DNA of 64,000 bases from the human T2T-CHM13v2.0 reference genome, Homo sapiens: the NCBI RefSeq assembly GCF_009914755.1, contig NC_060932.1. The stretch is one strand, 5' to 3'. A program made the position numbers and the translations under genes. Of this stretch, positions 1-17,109 are shown in pieces; positions within the stretch are counted from its first letter, which is position 1, and every line of letters starts with the position of its first letter. Under the pieces are notes generated by a model, which was given only the letters and a program-made list of their open reading frames with translations, did not search any database and had not been told where the DNA came from.

Positions 1-92
1 ATAGATTTGTTGTGAGCATTAAATCATCTCATGTAAAATGCTTAGCTCAAGAATCTGGCACTCACTAAACATGCCATAAATGTTAGCTACTA
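1..92 (+). mobile_element. MIR SINE 3' fragment
   Basis: gttgtgagcattaaat...tgtaaaatgcttagc...ctggcac...ataaatgttagcta resembles the MIR 3' core/tail. Confidence 0.65.
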
Positions 93-2208
93 CAATGAAT
101 GACATAAAGATTCTATAGAACAAATCATTCAGTAAAAGCTCTTTCCATGAGAAAAAAAAAGTCCTATGAAAGAATTCTACCTTGGATAACATTTGGTCCA
201 GCATGTTTAGGATTGCTGGACTCTGGTGTTTCAAAATCTGGCATACAATCAATGGATTTTTACTATAATTAAAAAAGTTATTTAGATTGTATTTATAAAA
301 TTAAGTTCTATTTAAACATTTACAGAAACTGGGAAATCTGCCCATGGACTCTTGGGTTTCTTAAAAACTCAGCTTAAAAATCGTGAGTTATTTTTGCTCT
401 TTTCCACTTTCCCTATACATAGGAGAGATTCATGTACAAAATTTAGTAACATTTCACTGCTTACTCCAGAATCAGGATATTTATCTTATTCTAATGAGAC
501 TGTTGTCTCAGATGGAAGACTTAAAACAAAATCTTTCTGAATATTTTGAATTAATTTTTTATTCTTTCCATTGAATCTAATAATCAGCGTTTCAGCTATG
601 CACTTTTTTTTGTATATCGAGATGGCGGAGTAGAACACATAGCTTAAATAAGAGTTGCATGTTTAAATGTGAAAGTCATCAAGAAGGGATTGACCATTGG
701 CTTCCTCTGACAAACTCTTAGGATTAAAAAAGAATACGTTGTTCTCCCTGCTTCATACTCCCATGATGCTTGGTCATAATGGTGGTCAGTACATATTTTA
801 TAATGATTGAATTCAATTCAGTTTTGCCTGTACTTGCCTTTATTTTTCCTCTCACTGATAACACAGGCTCTTCTTCTGTGTACACTTCAAGGCTTGGCTC
901 AGTTTCTTTCTCTTTTCCTGAGAAACTTGCCACAGTGTTGATCTTTATAGTATCCATGGCTCCTTCTATACAAGTACGGTATCCTTTATAGTAGTTCTAT
1001 ATGTCTTTCCAACTAGGTGAGGGCATATAATGCATCACTGATTCTTTTTTCCCCTGGCCCACACTACTGAATATGTTATATGATCTCACTAAGCATTTAT
1101 TTGTTTGTTCATTATACATGAGTGATTCAAATGTGTGACTCTAAGCCTAGATTTCTGCAGATACTTTGTTAGTTGTGAATTAGGACTGATATTTCTGGAA
1201 GTTTATAGATGAGATACTTTGAATATAAAGATGCAATAGTTTTGTTCCATCAAGTTTAGCCAAGCTTTCATAAGCATAGCTTAAGGCTCCATGGAAGTCT
1301 GGGATTTTTGTATCTGCAGCTGTTACTAGGGTGTTATTTTCATCTTGGGATGAGTAGCAGAAATGCTACTTTACTTCATTAACTCTGAAATACTGAGGGC
1401 TTAGTCTATGTTTACTAAAAGTTTTTCAATGCCAATTGGAGGCCATAAGAAGTTCTTGGGTTCTGTTTTCCATAATTAACTAATTATGTGCCTCGCCTCT
1501 CTGTTTTATAGGAATCACAGCTATTGTTCAACTCACTGGAATTTGGTGGAAGTTGGAAGAGTTTACATATCATAGTAATCTACAATTCAATAAATGTAAT
1601 AATTGCATGACAGGAGCTGCTTCCTCAACAGTGAGGTAAAAAAGAGGCATAAAGGAGGCCAAGAAGACCACCGTGGTGAAGCATGAAAGTAAAGGAGATT
1701 TTTAGCAATGAAGACAGAGTGTCCTGAGGTTTTATTCTTATGCACGAGACCCAGATTTCCTGGAAGAGCCCCTCCTAAAGGTTTGGCTCTGCACAAGCTC
1801 CAATATTCCTACTAAATTATATCACAGGAGCAGAGACTGGAAGATTGTTTGGATCTCATTGAGTGAGTTGCTTCTATTGCCCATTCCACAAATTATCTGC
1901 TTCCTGCTAATCCCCTCATTTGCAGATTCGGCAAACAAACACGGCTTCTGTGTGGATTTCCAAAAAAGTAGGCAGAAGAGAAAAGAGTAGGACTCATGAC
2001 AGAGCTGTTACATTCCAGCAAACACATGAAGCATTGCATCCCAAAGAGGCCACAGACTAAGCCTTAGTAATAAGGCATCCAAACTCTGTTACAAACATGT
2101 GGAGAGCTATTCTGGACCTTTGCTTCTGAAGTAAAATCTAACTGTTACTTGGTCTCCACAAACAGAAGGCAAACTATTTAGTTTGCTTTGAATATGAAAT
2201 GGAAATTG

Positions 2209-4887
<2,679 letters not shown>

Positions 4888-6864
4888 TGGAAATTGTAGT
4901 TGGGTTTGCCTCTGGCTGTCACAATGATCAAGGTCTGAGTTTTGTAGCATTTTCTCCCCAGATATTGCAAACATTCTGTCTACTTCTCTAAAATGAACTC
5001 ATTTATTTAATTTTGATATAAAGGTCCCTAGGATATTGTTTTTACCACTATCATCCTATGTACAAGGCACTTTGATCTCTGTTTGGGGTACAAGCACTAC
5101 CAAAACCAAAAAATTCTGAGGCAAAGTCTTGTTCTTTTCCTTTGTACCAACAAACTCACGAGGGTTAAAAATCCTCAGCCTATTTGGAACCCGATACTTC
5201 TTAGAGGTAGCATAGTACACTGCTGGGAGTGAGCCAGCTGCGATGTGTGCAGAGCAGCACTCCCCACAAACTGCTTATATCATCTCTGTGTAACCACACA
5301 CATTTATTAGAAACTTACAGGAGAATGCTAATGAACACAACACTGCACAGTCTCCACACTCAAATAGGTTTCCATCTCCTGTTACTTCTTAGTAACCAGA
5401 GCAGGAAAAAGGTAAGGATTAAACTGTTACCCACTTGCAAAGACTCTGGAAGAATTTGCAAAGACTTCAGTAAGTTGGGGAAACACTTACTCCGCGTCTT
5501 TTTCTTATTTTTCTTCTCTCTCTCCGTCTCTCATTTACACACACACACAACACAAAAACTCAACTCTGAATCCACAGTCATATGAAAACTCCCTTTAATA
5601 ATATGCTTCTAGTAAAATACATGAAAAAGAAACCTCTCCACCCAACCACACAAACTAGAGATATGGAACCACAGAAGTGAAGATCTAGTCATCAGTAATT
5701 CTTTCTTACAGCTTACCTGCTTCACATGTGCTGCAATTTGAGTTCAATTTCTTTCATTTTGTCATGAGATAGCAAAGAAGCCACAGTTCTCTGAAACAGT
5801 TACTTTACACTATGAGTGCAGAGAATTCCCACTTAACTAGGCAGGAAGAGGCTGGGAATTGTGTTTTGGTTTGCAGACGTGACTCTGCAAAGTGCTGCTG
5901 ACTCCTGAGAAGCAGGCAATGGGTCTCACTGAACATCTGCATGGAGAATCTCAAGTTCTTAGATGGTTGGATAGGTAGAGTTGGTGTAGAGGTAAAATGT
6001 ACCTTTTGCCTTTGCACCTCTCATCTACCTGTTTATCACTCTATTTTTTCATCTCCTGACATCCTTTCCATTGCAATTCTAGAGGGATAGCACTTTAAAT
6101 TGCTCTTCAGCTGCATAAGATACCAGTTATGCTGGCTTCCACTTTCACAGTATTCTCAAATAGTATCTCTTCCCTTCTAATAATGCCACCCCTACTTTCT
6201 CCTTACAGAGCAATTTCATGTGAGTTTTAAGAGAACAGCCTGTTGTCTGAACTAATTCACACTTAAGTATGAATAAGCCTTCTTATTACTTCCAGAATGT
6301 CTTCATTATTACCCAAAAGAATCAATAGTTGGAGACATTTCAGAAACCATCAAGTAAATTAAACCAGGCAGTTTGGGGAAGATTTTCTGGGGAGGAAAAG
6401 GCAGTGGGGAGTTGTTTTATTTGGTTCTGAAACAAAGCAAGGTCTGTTACTGAACAAGACACCCTCTAAAGGCTGGTACTGGGAAGTCACCCAGCATGAG
6501 ATGTCCTAGATGACAGTAGGAAAGGAGCGTATCCTTTGGGAAGGGAACACCAAAAAATGAGTTAGATATAAAAAAATTTAGACATTTTCTAGGCCAATCT
6601 TCTCATTGTATTAGTGAGTACAATATCGATTAAGGATCACTACTGCCTTAAGGACACTTATATCATTCCATTGTCCATCAAAAAAGGAGGACTTGATATC
6701 TCAAGAAGTAATTACAATTTACTTCTAATGGAGAAGTGATTTTATTTTTGTGTCACTGCTCCATTGAATCTTTCAGGCATTTTACAGGGAGAAGAGCACA
6801 ACTGGTAAAGACAGAAAAGAAATGGGTGAAGGTGCTGGCCGTGGCTTCTCGCTTCACAATGATG

Positions 6865-6990
6865 AGCATGGCATTTTATCTCTGATCTTCAGGTCCTCAT
6901 TGGTTATAATGGGATAATAATGATAATACATACTGCACAGTGTTGTTGTGGTTGTGAACAGTCACTGAGTTAATGCAGAGCTTGGGAAAT
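6865..6990 (+). mobile_element. MIR fragment
   Basis: tctctgatcttcaggtcctcattggttataatgggataataat...gttgttgtg resembles the MIR core. Confidence 0.55.
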
Positions 6991-8259
6991 TGCTAGGTTG
7001 GGAGGCTCTCTCAAATTTTAAGTCCTTTCTTTCTCAGTCCTTTCTTCTCCTTTTAAGCCATAGGACACCTGGCACTTGAGATCCAGACTACACACTGGAC
7101 CTAGATAGACCTTGCATAATCTTGATTTTTTTCCATTTGAGTGTTTGTATATATGTATCTGTGCATGTGAGGTTAAGGGGATAAGAGTCCTGGAGTCTCT
7201 AAGGCCTGGGCATTGGAACTGGACCATGAAGTACATGTCGGTGAATGACAGATTCATTTTGCTCTGCACCACCTCCAAAGAGACATGCAGATTCTTCATC
7301 CTCATGGGTGCACCCCTGTATAAACACCATACCAGACAGGACCTGCTTGTTTAGAGATCATCATTGCATCTCTCACAAAGGCTAAACAAGATAGCGTGAA
7401 TGTCCCTCACTGGGGGATTGCCACACCTGCTGGCTTGAAAATGCTTAATTTCTCAAGACTGCACGAAAGTCCTAAGCTATCATGAGTCTCTGCATCTAGT
7501 CTCTTCATAACTCTTGACTAAGCCAGCTCAACTTCTTCCTATCCCTCTCCAGCTAAAGCTACTTTCACTCACTACTTTTTTTTTTTCTCTGCACATATGT
7601 CTGTTTTCCAGAGGTTTAACCACAGCGGCATAAATATTTTTTCCCTGAGAGCTGACTATAGGGAAATAAGATAATTCAGTCAACTAGATTTTCTTTTTGT
7701 GAGTAGAGAGGACTCAGAGAAGCTTCAGTAGGGTGGTACAACATCCTTCTGGGAAAACATCAGTCACACTAGTGCAGATTCCACTAACCAAGGCTACTGA
7801 TGATTGAAATTAGAAAATCCCTGTGATTCACCAAACTTGAATCCTTGCCTAAAATACAGCACTATGTCTATCATTATCCATTTAAAAAAGCTAACTGAAA
7901 GAGTTTCAAAAGGTTTCCTCAAGCAGAAAAGAATTCCATATTTTCAGGATTGGCAAGATGGCTGTAATGAGGGGTGGTGAGACTGGGGGATGGGAGGGTG
8001 GTTGGGGGTGTCAGATGTTTTCCACCCTAAAGGTATGGGCTGATTTTACATTTATTACCAGTTTTCTTTAGATCCTCCGTGAATAGTTCCATTAGGCACT
8101 TTAAGTTTACTTCATAGAAATCATTCCCTGCTTGAGAGCTAGAGCTAGTATTTTCATTCCTCTTATTTTTTGGCATAATTCTGACTCTTCAGAACAGCTA
8201 TTCATTTTCTTTTTTAAAAATTTGTCCTTTCTTTCCTTCCTCCTTCCCTTACTCCCTCT

Positions 8260-9302
8260 CAGTTTTTAAAAATTAAACATTCATAGAATTAAATTGATCA
8301 TAATTCTCACTTTATAGCAGAATTGACCCATGTACCACTTCCCTTTTGCATTTGATTCCTTCATGTGATTTTATTATTCTATATGTCCCCATCTCCAAAT
8401 CCATTTTCCCACCAAAGACATTTATTCTTGTGTATTTAATGGGAGTTTTTCCGAGCCATTTTTATATATTTATTTGCATATATACATTCATAAGCAATAA
8501 ATAGTATTGTTATAGGTATGTGCTCTCCATTTACAGAAATGGTCTCATCTGATGTACCTTGTTACTTTGTTTCACTCAACATTATGTTTTTGAAATCTAT
8601 CAATGTCAATATGTCGCAGAAGTTCATTCTTCTTGATTTCCATGTATTTCATCAATTTCCCTATTGATAGCTAATTAGTTTGTTTCTAACTAGGACAATG
8701 CTACAGTGAACATGCTACATATATATTTTTACCAGTATAAAAGGTTTCCTTGGCAGGGGATGTTATATAACAGAATTATAATCACTAGGCTCACAGTAAG
8801 CAAGTAGTCAACTTTTGTAATTATTTCCAATTTGCTCTTCTGTTTGGCTGCATGAGTATATGCATCCACACAAAGATTCTTACTGCCATATGTTTTACTC
8901 ATGATTCGAGACTGCTCAACATTTTATTTTGGCCAAAATTATGGGTATGAAGTACTATTTCATCGTTATTTTAGTTTGGCATTTCTCTGATTGCTAATAA
9001 GGTTCTTTTTCATTTGTATATCAGGTACTTATGCTTCCTGTCTGTGGATTGTATAGTCATATTCTCTGCTAATTCTACTATTGGGTTTCCCATCTTTTCT
9101 TGCTGATTTGCAGGAGACCCTTGTACAGCCTATGTATTCTTTGCCAGATGGAAATATCATCTCTGGATCTGTCATCAGAGAAAATCAAATCCATAAGACT
9201 TCCCCTTTATGGATTTGTGCTTTTACATCTTACTTAAGATCCTTCCCTGGATGCTGTGAAATTAGCCTTTTATATATTATTTTTTAGTTTTGATTTTAAT
9301 AT
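8260..9302 (-). mobile_element. Ancient L1M (L1ME-like) 3' segment, antisense
   Basis: T-rich antisense L1 motifs: ttcactcaacattatgtttttgaaatctatc; ttttagtttggcatttctctgatt; tttatggatttgtgctttt...atccttccct. Confidence 0.75.
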
Positions 9303-10154
9303 TGAATATAATACTGCAATTCATACCATGCAATGCAAAAATAAAAAAGTATGAGGATTAGAAAAGAAGTTGATAGAAGTATTTGTATAGAACATTCATA
9401 AGAATCAGCAGGAAATTATTAGAACTAGTAAAAATTAGCAAGATATCTGGGTAACATCAACTAATTGCAAAATTAAATTTAACTTTAGAAAATCAATCTC
9501 ACCATTTTAACAGAATGAAGGGAAACAATTATTCAATCACCTTGACAGATGTAGAAAAAGCATCTAATAAATTTAACAACTAATAATAAAAATATTTATA
9601 ATAAATCTCACATGATTCACTTAAAATAGGGGTACATTATACCCTAAAAAGTAACAATTTCTCTGTCTTTTAAACCAGTTATTATTAAACAGAAAATATA
9701 ATCCCATATATAATGGCACTAAATCTTAAAAAATGAATAAGACTTTTACAGAGGAATATTTTAACACACTATTGGAGAACACACAAAAAAGATCTAAGTG
9801 AATGGAAAGCTATACCACATCTCTGAATGAAAAAATAACATGGTGAAGACAATATTTATTCCCATTCTGATCTGTAAATTTAATGCAATTCAAATAAAAA
9901 TTGTGGATATCCATAGCAATTTAGAAAAGAAGAGAAAAGATGAGAGTAAACCTTAAGATAACAAGGTTTACAGCAAATATGTGACAATTAAATTACTCTA
10001 GTACTGGCACAAGAAGAGACAAATAGACTATTAGAGTAGAATAGAGGTTCCAAAATCATGCCTATGTGCAGATTCAAAACTGATAAGAATAGATTAGTTA
10101 CTTAAATCGTTCATGAAACAGTGGATTATTTAAAAAATAATGTTGACCTATAAA

Positions 10155-10390
10155 ATAATAATGACAATTAACACTTACTGAACATTTAGTGTGTACTAGC
10201 ACTGTTTCAAATGTTGAAATACATATTGACTTGATCTCATAAGAACCATATGAATATTCCTAGCACCATTTTACAGCTGACAAATCTAAAGCACAGGTAC
10301 AGAGAGATGGATAACTTGAAGACTCCCAAGCATGGATTCCAACCCAGACAGTTTGGCTTCAGTGTTGGTATATATAACAGCTATTCTACA
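10155..10390 (-). mobile_element. MIR
   Basis: aacacttactgaacatttagtgtgtactagcactg...ccattttacagctgacaaatctaaagcacag...ggattccaacccagacagtttggcttcag is an antisense MIR. Confidence 0.8.
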
Positions 10391-10435
10391 CATCCATCTC
10401 AGAGCTATGTTGGCTCAACCTAAGTGGAAAAATAC

Positions 10436-10505
10436 AATTTAATCCTTACTTTAAACAACACACACCCACAAAATTTAATCCTTACTTTAAACAACACACA
10501 CACAA
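10436..10505. repeat. 36-bp period tandem duplication
   Basis: aatttaatccttactttaaacaacacacac starts at 10436 and 10472. Confidence 0.9.
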
Positions 10506-10509
10506 ATAA

Positions 10510-10875
<366 letters not shown>

Positions 10876-11706
10876 GCCTCTCCTTTTTTAAAAACCCATA
10901 CAAAAGCCAATATTTCTGGTCCCTGGTACCTGCTGAAATTCACTCACTTTAAAATATGAATCTGAAAACTCTAAATTTCGTGGAATCTCCCATTCACATC
11001 TGTGTTCATTTTTAATTTTAGTTTTTCAATTTCCTTTGCTCAACACCTTACAGAATAAATGAATTTTTCGTTATCAAAAATTAACCATTACATTACAAGG
11101 AAAGAGTAAAGAAGTGATGAACCATGCTGGATCTCCATCAGAATAGAACCTAACATCTAGAAGCACTGTATACTTCCAGATAAGTAAGACTTATTTGACA
11201 GATAGGTAAGACTGTTTAAAAAGGGAATTTTTGCCACATATTGAGCTGAACACCCATGGAAGTTCTTGAGGTCATGTTAGCTAAATATCCGAATGTTTTC
11301 TGAATATCAGTTATGGCAGGAAACAAAATAGCATGTCATCTCTAATGACAGAGTCTAAAAATAAACGTGTGTACCTAGAAATTCAAAAATTCATCTCTGC
11401 CTCTCAACCAGTTGGAATAAAAATACTCATGTGGATTCAAGATGCCAAGATAGGGATGGATAAGGTTTCAGTGAATAAAAATATCTAAAAAGTTTCATTT
11501 TTCTACAGTATATTGAATTATAAATGAAAATATTTCTCTGACACAGCTAAACTCTATGGAGCTTTAGTATTCCCTCGTATTTTCCAATTCACCATCCATT
11601 ATCTTGGATATAATCTTTTCCTCCAACCCAAGGACAAGGAGTTAAATAAGCAGAGTATGAACAGGGAACTCACCCATTAATTGCATCTCTCAAAAACATT
11701 TATGAG

Positions 11707-11783
11707 AGAACATAAACTACCATAGAACATAAACTACCAGAAGAACAATAAACTACCATAAACTAAGAACATAAACTATCATA
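11707..11783. repeat. Short minisatellite, ~17-bp unit agaacataaactaccat
   Basis: About 4.5 imperfect tandem copies visible. Confidence 0.9.
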
Positions 11784-14426
11784 ATTAATGACCATTACAA
11801 TTGCTTTTCCTCTCTAATATTTGTTATCCCCAAACTCCTGGGAGCCTTGTCCTCAGTGGACACAAACAGCTCTTGTCCATGCCATTCTGTCCTGAACAAT
11901 ATGAAGTCATGCACATTTTACTCCTAACACATATCTTCTCTCCCAAGACCAACAGAACCAAGGAATGGAACATTTCTTCCATAATGAATGAGGTTCTCAA
12001 TCCATTCACACATCCCCTTTCTGAGATGGTATTGGAGAAGTAGACAGAGAAGAAATTAAGTAGGCAATGCATGTTTGCAGGGGGTGGGGGCTGTGCATCT
12101 GTGTATGTTAGTTACATGGGCACATATACGCTCATGTTTTGTCCTCAGCCCACCAGAGAGTTAACATTTCTGCCACCCTCCTTCATAGATAAAAATTGGC
12201 AAAGAAGAAGTAGGGTGTAGAAACACACCTGAAATTCCTTAAAATAAACCTGTATGTTTTTGACTTGCCATTTGTAAAACAGTGTTCTTTCATTTTTTAA
12301 AAAATTGGCTTCCTGGAAGACACCAATAACACAACCCTGAATCACAGCCAATTTTGAGATTATATCGCCTTTCTGATTTCTATGTCCTACTTAAAAATTG
12401 TTCTGGGAAATAAGAGGCTGGAAACTCAACTAGATAGACAAAAATGTCTGCCTGCAATCTCTACTCACCTCATGTTTTTATTTGTGAAGGATTTCCATAT
12501 TTCTTAAATTTAATGAATTTTAATTGAACCATAGAAAAATAGAAAAGACTTTGGCTTTTTTAAATGGGAATCAAGTTTTATGATAGATATGCTTGATTAT
12601 AAGAAGTTACTTTCAAATGCTATTTAATTACCCAATTTCAAATCTTCTGTCCTTACTTTGGGCCTGTGGAGGGGAAGAATGTGAATTTCAATCTGCCATT
12701 ACAAATATTTACTTAAAATTGGTATCACATCTTTGATGAACAGAATTTAAGTTCCACTGTAGTGATGTTAGTAATCTAAAAGTGGTATAAATACAGTTAT
12801 CAAATACTCCAAATCATAGGTGACCAAGAGAGTAAGCAGCCTATGGTTTTGAGGAGTCAAGGAATAGTAGTGTGATAATCTTACTAGACCATTCAAGCTG
12901 AGATTATGATTCTGAATGTGGTCTTATGATTTAGAGGGATCCTGAACTCTTATCTTGTTATAACATACATAGTAAGTGCTTCTTGTAAACCCACGAAATT
13001 CCATCTACTAACTTCCTCAACAAAATCAAACGTTTATGCCTGTCATCACTGCAAATCTCACAGAACCACAGAAATGTCACTAGGGGTTATTCCACTCATG
13101 TTTTCTGTCAATGATATTGAAATATCAGTGCTAACAGCACTTTTCATTTAAGGTTTTGAAAAAAAAATGAGACTACTGTAATGAACCATTTTGGGAATTT
13201 GGATTCTAGAAACAGTATTCTTAAAACTCTGAGTTTTTCTAGGTAGTTGATCTGATTTTTCACTTATGTAGGCAATTCCCAGGGTAGATTTAGCACTTTG
13301 CCTGTAATTGATGTTTGTCCACTCTCCTCATCCCTGTATAACTTGAAAACAAAGATAATTTCCAGCTTTCCAGGCACTCCCCAGACTACAGAGTGAGTCT
13401 AGGACAGTGCACCATTCAGGATGTGTCCAAGGGACATTGAATTGTATTATAAAGGCAGAGAAAGCTTGATCTAGCCGAATTTTCTCTTCCCTGTACTAAC
13501 TGTGGGGAAGGCAGATGGGGATGAGTGAAACTAGTCTTAGTGAGCTGGCCAAAATTCTTGCCTTTAAGTAGCAGCCAGACATTATTACATTTCATAGTCA
13601 TTGGAAGCACAATGTCACAGAACTTGAAACTGACCTAAGAGGTCAGGTAGGTCCAGGATTTGTATAAGACATTGAATATATCTCATCTCATATATCACAC
13701 CAATGGGTATGAAAACAACACTCTTTTGTTTTATCTTTACTTTCTCTGTTTTTCATCTCTCTGTTTCCTTTTTCCTGCCTTCCTGTGAGTTACTCAAGCA
13801 ATTTTTAGAATTCCATTTAGATGTATCACTATTGTTTTTGAGTATCTTTGTGTTTTTTTCTTAGTGGTTGCTCTAGGTATTACATTATATTTACCTAAGT
13901 TAACAGTTACTAGTGTAATTATTAGATCAGTTAGAGTGAAGTATAGAAACCTTCCTTCCCTTTATGTTTCTTTACTCTTCTCCATTTATAATATTTTAAA
14001 TATTTCCTCTACATACATTTAGAACCACATCATACATACAATATTATAATTTTTGCTTCAACTGTTGAACATAATTTAGAAAACTCAGGAAGAAAGAAAA
14101 GGCCTATTGTATTTAGCCACATTTTTTTCTACCATAGCCTTTCTTCTTTTTTGATGTTCCAAGTTTCCTTTTTTAAAAAAATATTTTCTTTCTGTTAAAG
14201 TACTTCTTTTAGCCATTTGTTTAAGGTAGGTCACCTGGTGAAAAATTCCTTTGGATTTCTTTCATCTGAGAATGTCTGATTTTTCCTTCATTCCTGAAGG
14301 ACATTTTGACTGGATATAGGATTCTGGGTTGACAGTTTTTTTCTATACATGTTAAATGTTCCACTTACTTCTGGTGCTCATGGCTTTTGATGAGAAATCT
14401 GCTATTATTTGAATTCTTCTCTTACA

Positions 14427-14692
14427 CAGTTTCTTCTTGACTTATGGTGGGGCTGCATCCTAATGAACCATTGTAAGTCAAAAATGCATTCAATGCTGAC
14501 AACACAGCAGATGGTCCTGGATTTATAAGTAACCTTTTTTTCGACTTTACAATGGTGCAAAACCAATACATATTCAGTAGAAATTGTAACCCTATTGTAA
14601 GTCATGATGAGCTCTTCAATCTATGATGGAGTTATGTTCCTATAAACCCAATGTAAAGAAAAAAAATTATAAGTTGAAACATTGTAAGTCAT
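14427..14692. mobile_element. MER47/Tigger5-type DNA transposon fossil
   Basis: gacttatggtgggg...aaccattgtaagtc, cagatggtcct, cgactttacaatggtgcaaaa, atgatggagttatgttcctataaacccaatgtaa are Tigger5/MER47 motifs. Confidence 0.7.
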
Positions 14693-14890
14693 CATAAAGT
14701 GTGGTTTCTTTTAAATTGCTTTCAAAAAATTCTTGAAAAAATTAGTTTACAGAAATTTGATTACATGTCCTGGCATAGATTCTTTGGATTTATCATATTT
14801 GGGGTTCACTTAGCTTTTTGACTCTGTAGGTTTGTGTACTCTGCCAAATTTGGAGTGTTTCTCAGCCATTATTTTTTTGAGTAATTTTTT

Positions 14891-15216
14891 TCCTTTTCCT
14901 TCCTTCCTTCCTTTTTTTTTTTTTTTTTTTTTTTGAGACAAGTTCTTACCTTGTGGCCCAGGCTGGAGTGCAGGGGCATGATCATGGTTCACTGCAGTCT
15001 GACTTCCTAGGCTTGAGTAATCCTCCTATCTCAGCCTCCTGAGTACCTGGGCCTGCAGGCACACACCATCACACTCAGCTAGCTTTTGTTCATTTTTTGT
15101 AGAGATGAGGTCTCCCTTATTTCCCAGGCTGGTCTCAAACTCCTGGCCTCAAGGAATCCTCCTGCCTTGGCCTCCCAAAGAGCTGAGATTACAGGCATGA
15201 GTCACCATGCCCAGTC
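14891..15216 (-). mobile_element. AluJ
   Basis: Diverged antisense Alu with J-type features (gatcatggttcactgcag, ctcaaggaatcctcctgcc), poly-T at 14913-14934, TSD-like ttttga[g/a]taatttt flanks. Confidence 0.92.
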
Positions 15217-17109
15217 TTTTGAATAATTTTCTATTCATGTCTTCTTTCTCCTCTGACGTTGGGACTCCTATGACAAGAATGTTATATATTTTTTGTTATA
15301 GTTTCACGTGTCCATGAAGGTTTTTTTTCTGGTCTTTTAAAATTTCTTTTTGTTGCTCAAATTTAGTAATTTTGTATTGTTCTATCATCCAGTTCACTGA
15401 TTCTTTCCCCTGTCACTTCCATTCTACTACTGAATATATCCATTGATTTTTAAAATTTTTAATTTTTATAGTTTTCAGTTCTACAATTTCCATTTGGCTG
15501 TCCTTTGTATCTCTATTTCTTTGCTCAGATTCTCTCTCTCTCTCTTTTTATTTAGTTATTTCCTAACACCATAATCTATTTTTTAAAATTTGTTTTAAGC
15601 ATGTTTGTAATTGCCTGTTGAAACATTTTTTTGGTGGTTACTTAAAAACTTTTTTTCCGATAATTCTGCCATCTCTGTTATTTTAATATTGGCATTACTT
15701 GATTGCCTTTTTCAGTCAGTATGAAATCTTCCTAGTTCTGGAATTTGAACCTGGACATTTTGAATACTGTGTACTGAAAACCTAGATCTTATTTAAACCA
15801 TCTCTTTTAGCTGGTTTCCTGTTGGTCTGTATTGTCACCTGAAGGGGACACTTCTTTCTACTACTAGACGAAGTTGGGAGGATTCACTCCCCATGAGGCA
15901 TCCATTGATCCCACAGCAGGGGCTTTACCTCATTATTGTTGGGAGGTGATGAAAACCTTGAGTCATAGCTTTTTTCTGACACCACTCCATTAGAGAGAGA
16001 GAGAGAGAGAGAGATGTACTTCATTTCTGCTGGGTGGAGGTAACAGTCCAGGGTCCCTATGTGGTTTTCACTGATACTGTGAGGAATGCAGAGCCTTGTT
16101 ACCACCTAGTGGGGATAAAGGTTCCAACCCTCTCCTTAGTTTTCCCTGCCACAACCCTGGTGGCAGGGTTGAGACTCCTCATTGCAACCACTGATGGGGA
16201 AAGTCTAGACTCCCCACTGGGCCTTTGCTCTCGGGTATGGGGTATAGGGATGGGTGTCATAGTTTTTTGTTTGTTTTTTCCTGTGGTGTTTACCCAGAGT
16301 AGCACAGCTATTTTTCAAAAGTTTTCTATCTTACTAAACTGCCATTTTCTTATTCTTTGGCTAGAGACTGTTCTTTAGCAGGAGACTGTTTTGTTTTGTT
16401 GGTTTTTGTCTGTGGTCATTGTCTTTTGAGGTTGCCAGCTTCTTCAGCTCAAAGCCTGGGATAAATGAGGCAAAACAAAAACCCAGGATAGTCACTACCA
16501 TATTGTTCCTTGGGTCTTAATGCTCCTGGCTGACTTACCATCTTCTCTCCATCTTTCAGAATCTTTTATGTTTGTTCTACATAATGTCAAAGGTTTTTCT
16601 TTGTATATAGCAGGAAAGGTAAGAAAAAATATGTTCCTTCTCAAAAAGCCCATACTACTTAAACATGAAAGAACAACTCCATCAGGAACTCCAGTAGTCC
16701 CTATAATGTTGGAGAAACTATTTTGCCTCTATAAAATATTTTGGAAGATCACTTCACTAATATTGACAGCCTCAAGTCAGTTACTTCTTTTTCCTCATCA
16801 TGTTTCTATTTAAATTTTCTTATAAATATTGTATTGTTCTTTTCAGAGGCATATTGGTTTGAACTTTGGGAATCCTTAGCTTCACTGTGCTGTTAGCAAA
16901 ACCACTGGATTTAAGATATTCCTAGACTTCATTGTAACCAGTGAAACCAGTATATAGAGTTGGGTGTAGGCATGAAAATCTTTTATTTTTCCAATACGTC
17001 TCCATCAGGGATTCCAGTAAATTCTCATAATGTGAATTTGTGAGAAAAGTCCAAGTTGTTTTGTAGATGTTTTGGAGAAATATATTATAACACTCTATAT
17101 AGTGAGGAA

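Larger units (their letters stand above)
13700..16635 (-). mobile_element. Ancient L1 5' portion (L1MD/L1MC-like ORF1 region and 5'UTR), antisense, interrupted by MER47 and AluJ
   Basis: Antisense ORF1 motif ccttcattcctgaaggacattttgactggatataggattctgggttgacag; ttagtggttgctctaggtattaca; terminal ttcagaatcttttatgtttgttc...aatgtc resembling old L1M 5' ends. Confidence 0.7.

Noticed and set aside
724-957. 77-aa ATG ORF MDTIKINTVASF... with protein-like composition
   Set aside because: No recognisable homology or splice context; partly overlaps an L2-like tail; length expected by chance
1758-1766. Isolated GAS/STAT motifs (TTCCTGGAA here and ~12310; TTCTAGGAA ~56444)
   Set aside because: Short palindromes expected several times by chance in 64 kb, with no supporting context
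7985-8008. Small G-quadruplex motif
   Set aside because: Minimal four-tract match with no associated feature; common genome-wide
11707-11783. CRISPR-like array
   Set aside because: Units are directly tandem with no unique spacers, the context is eukaryotic, and there are no cas genes
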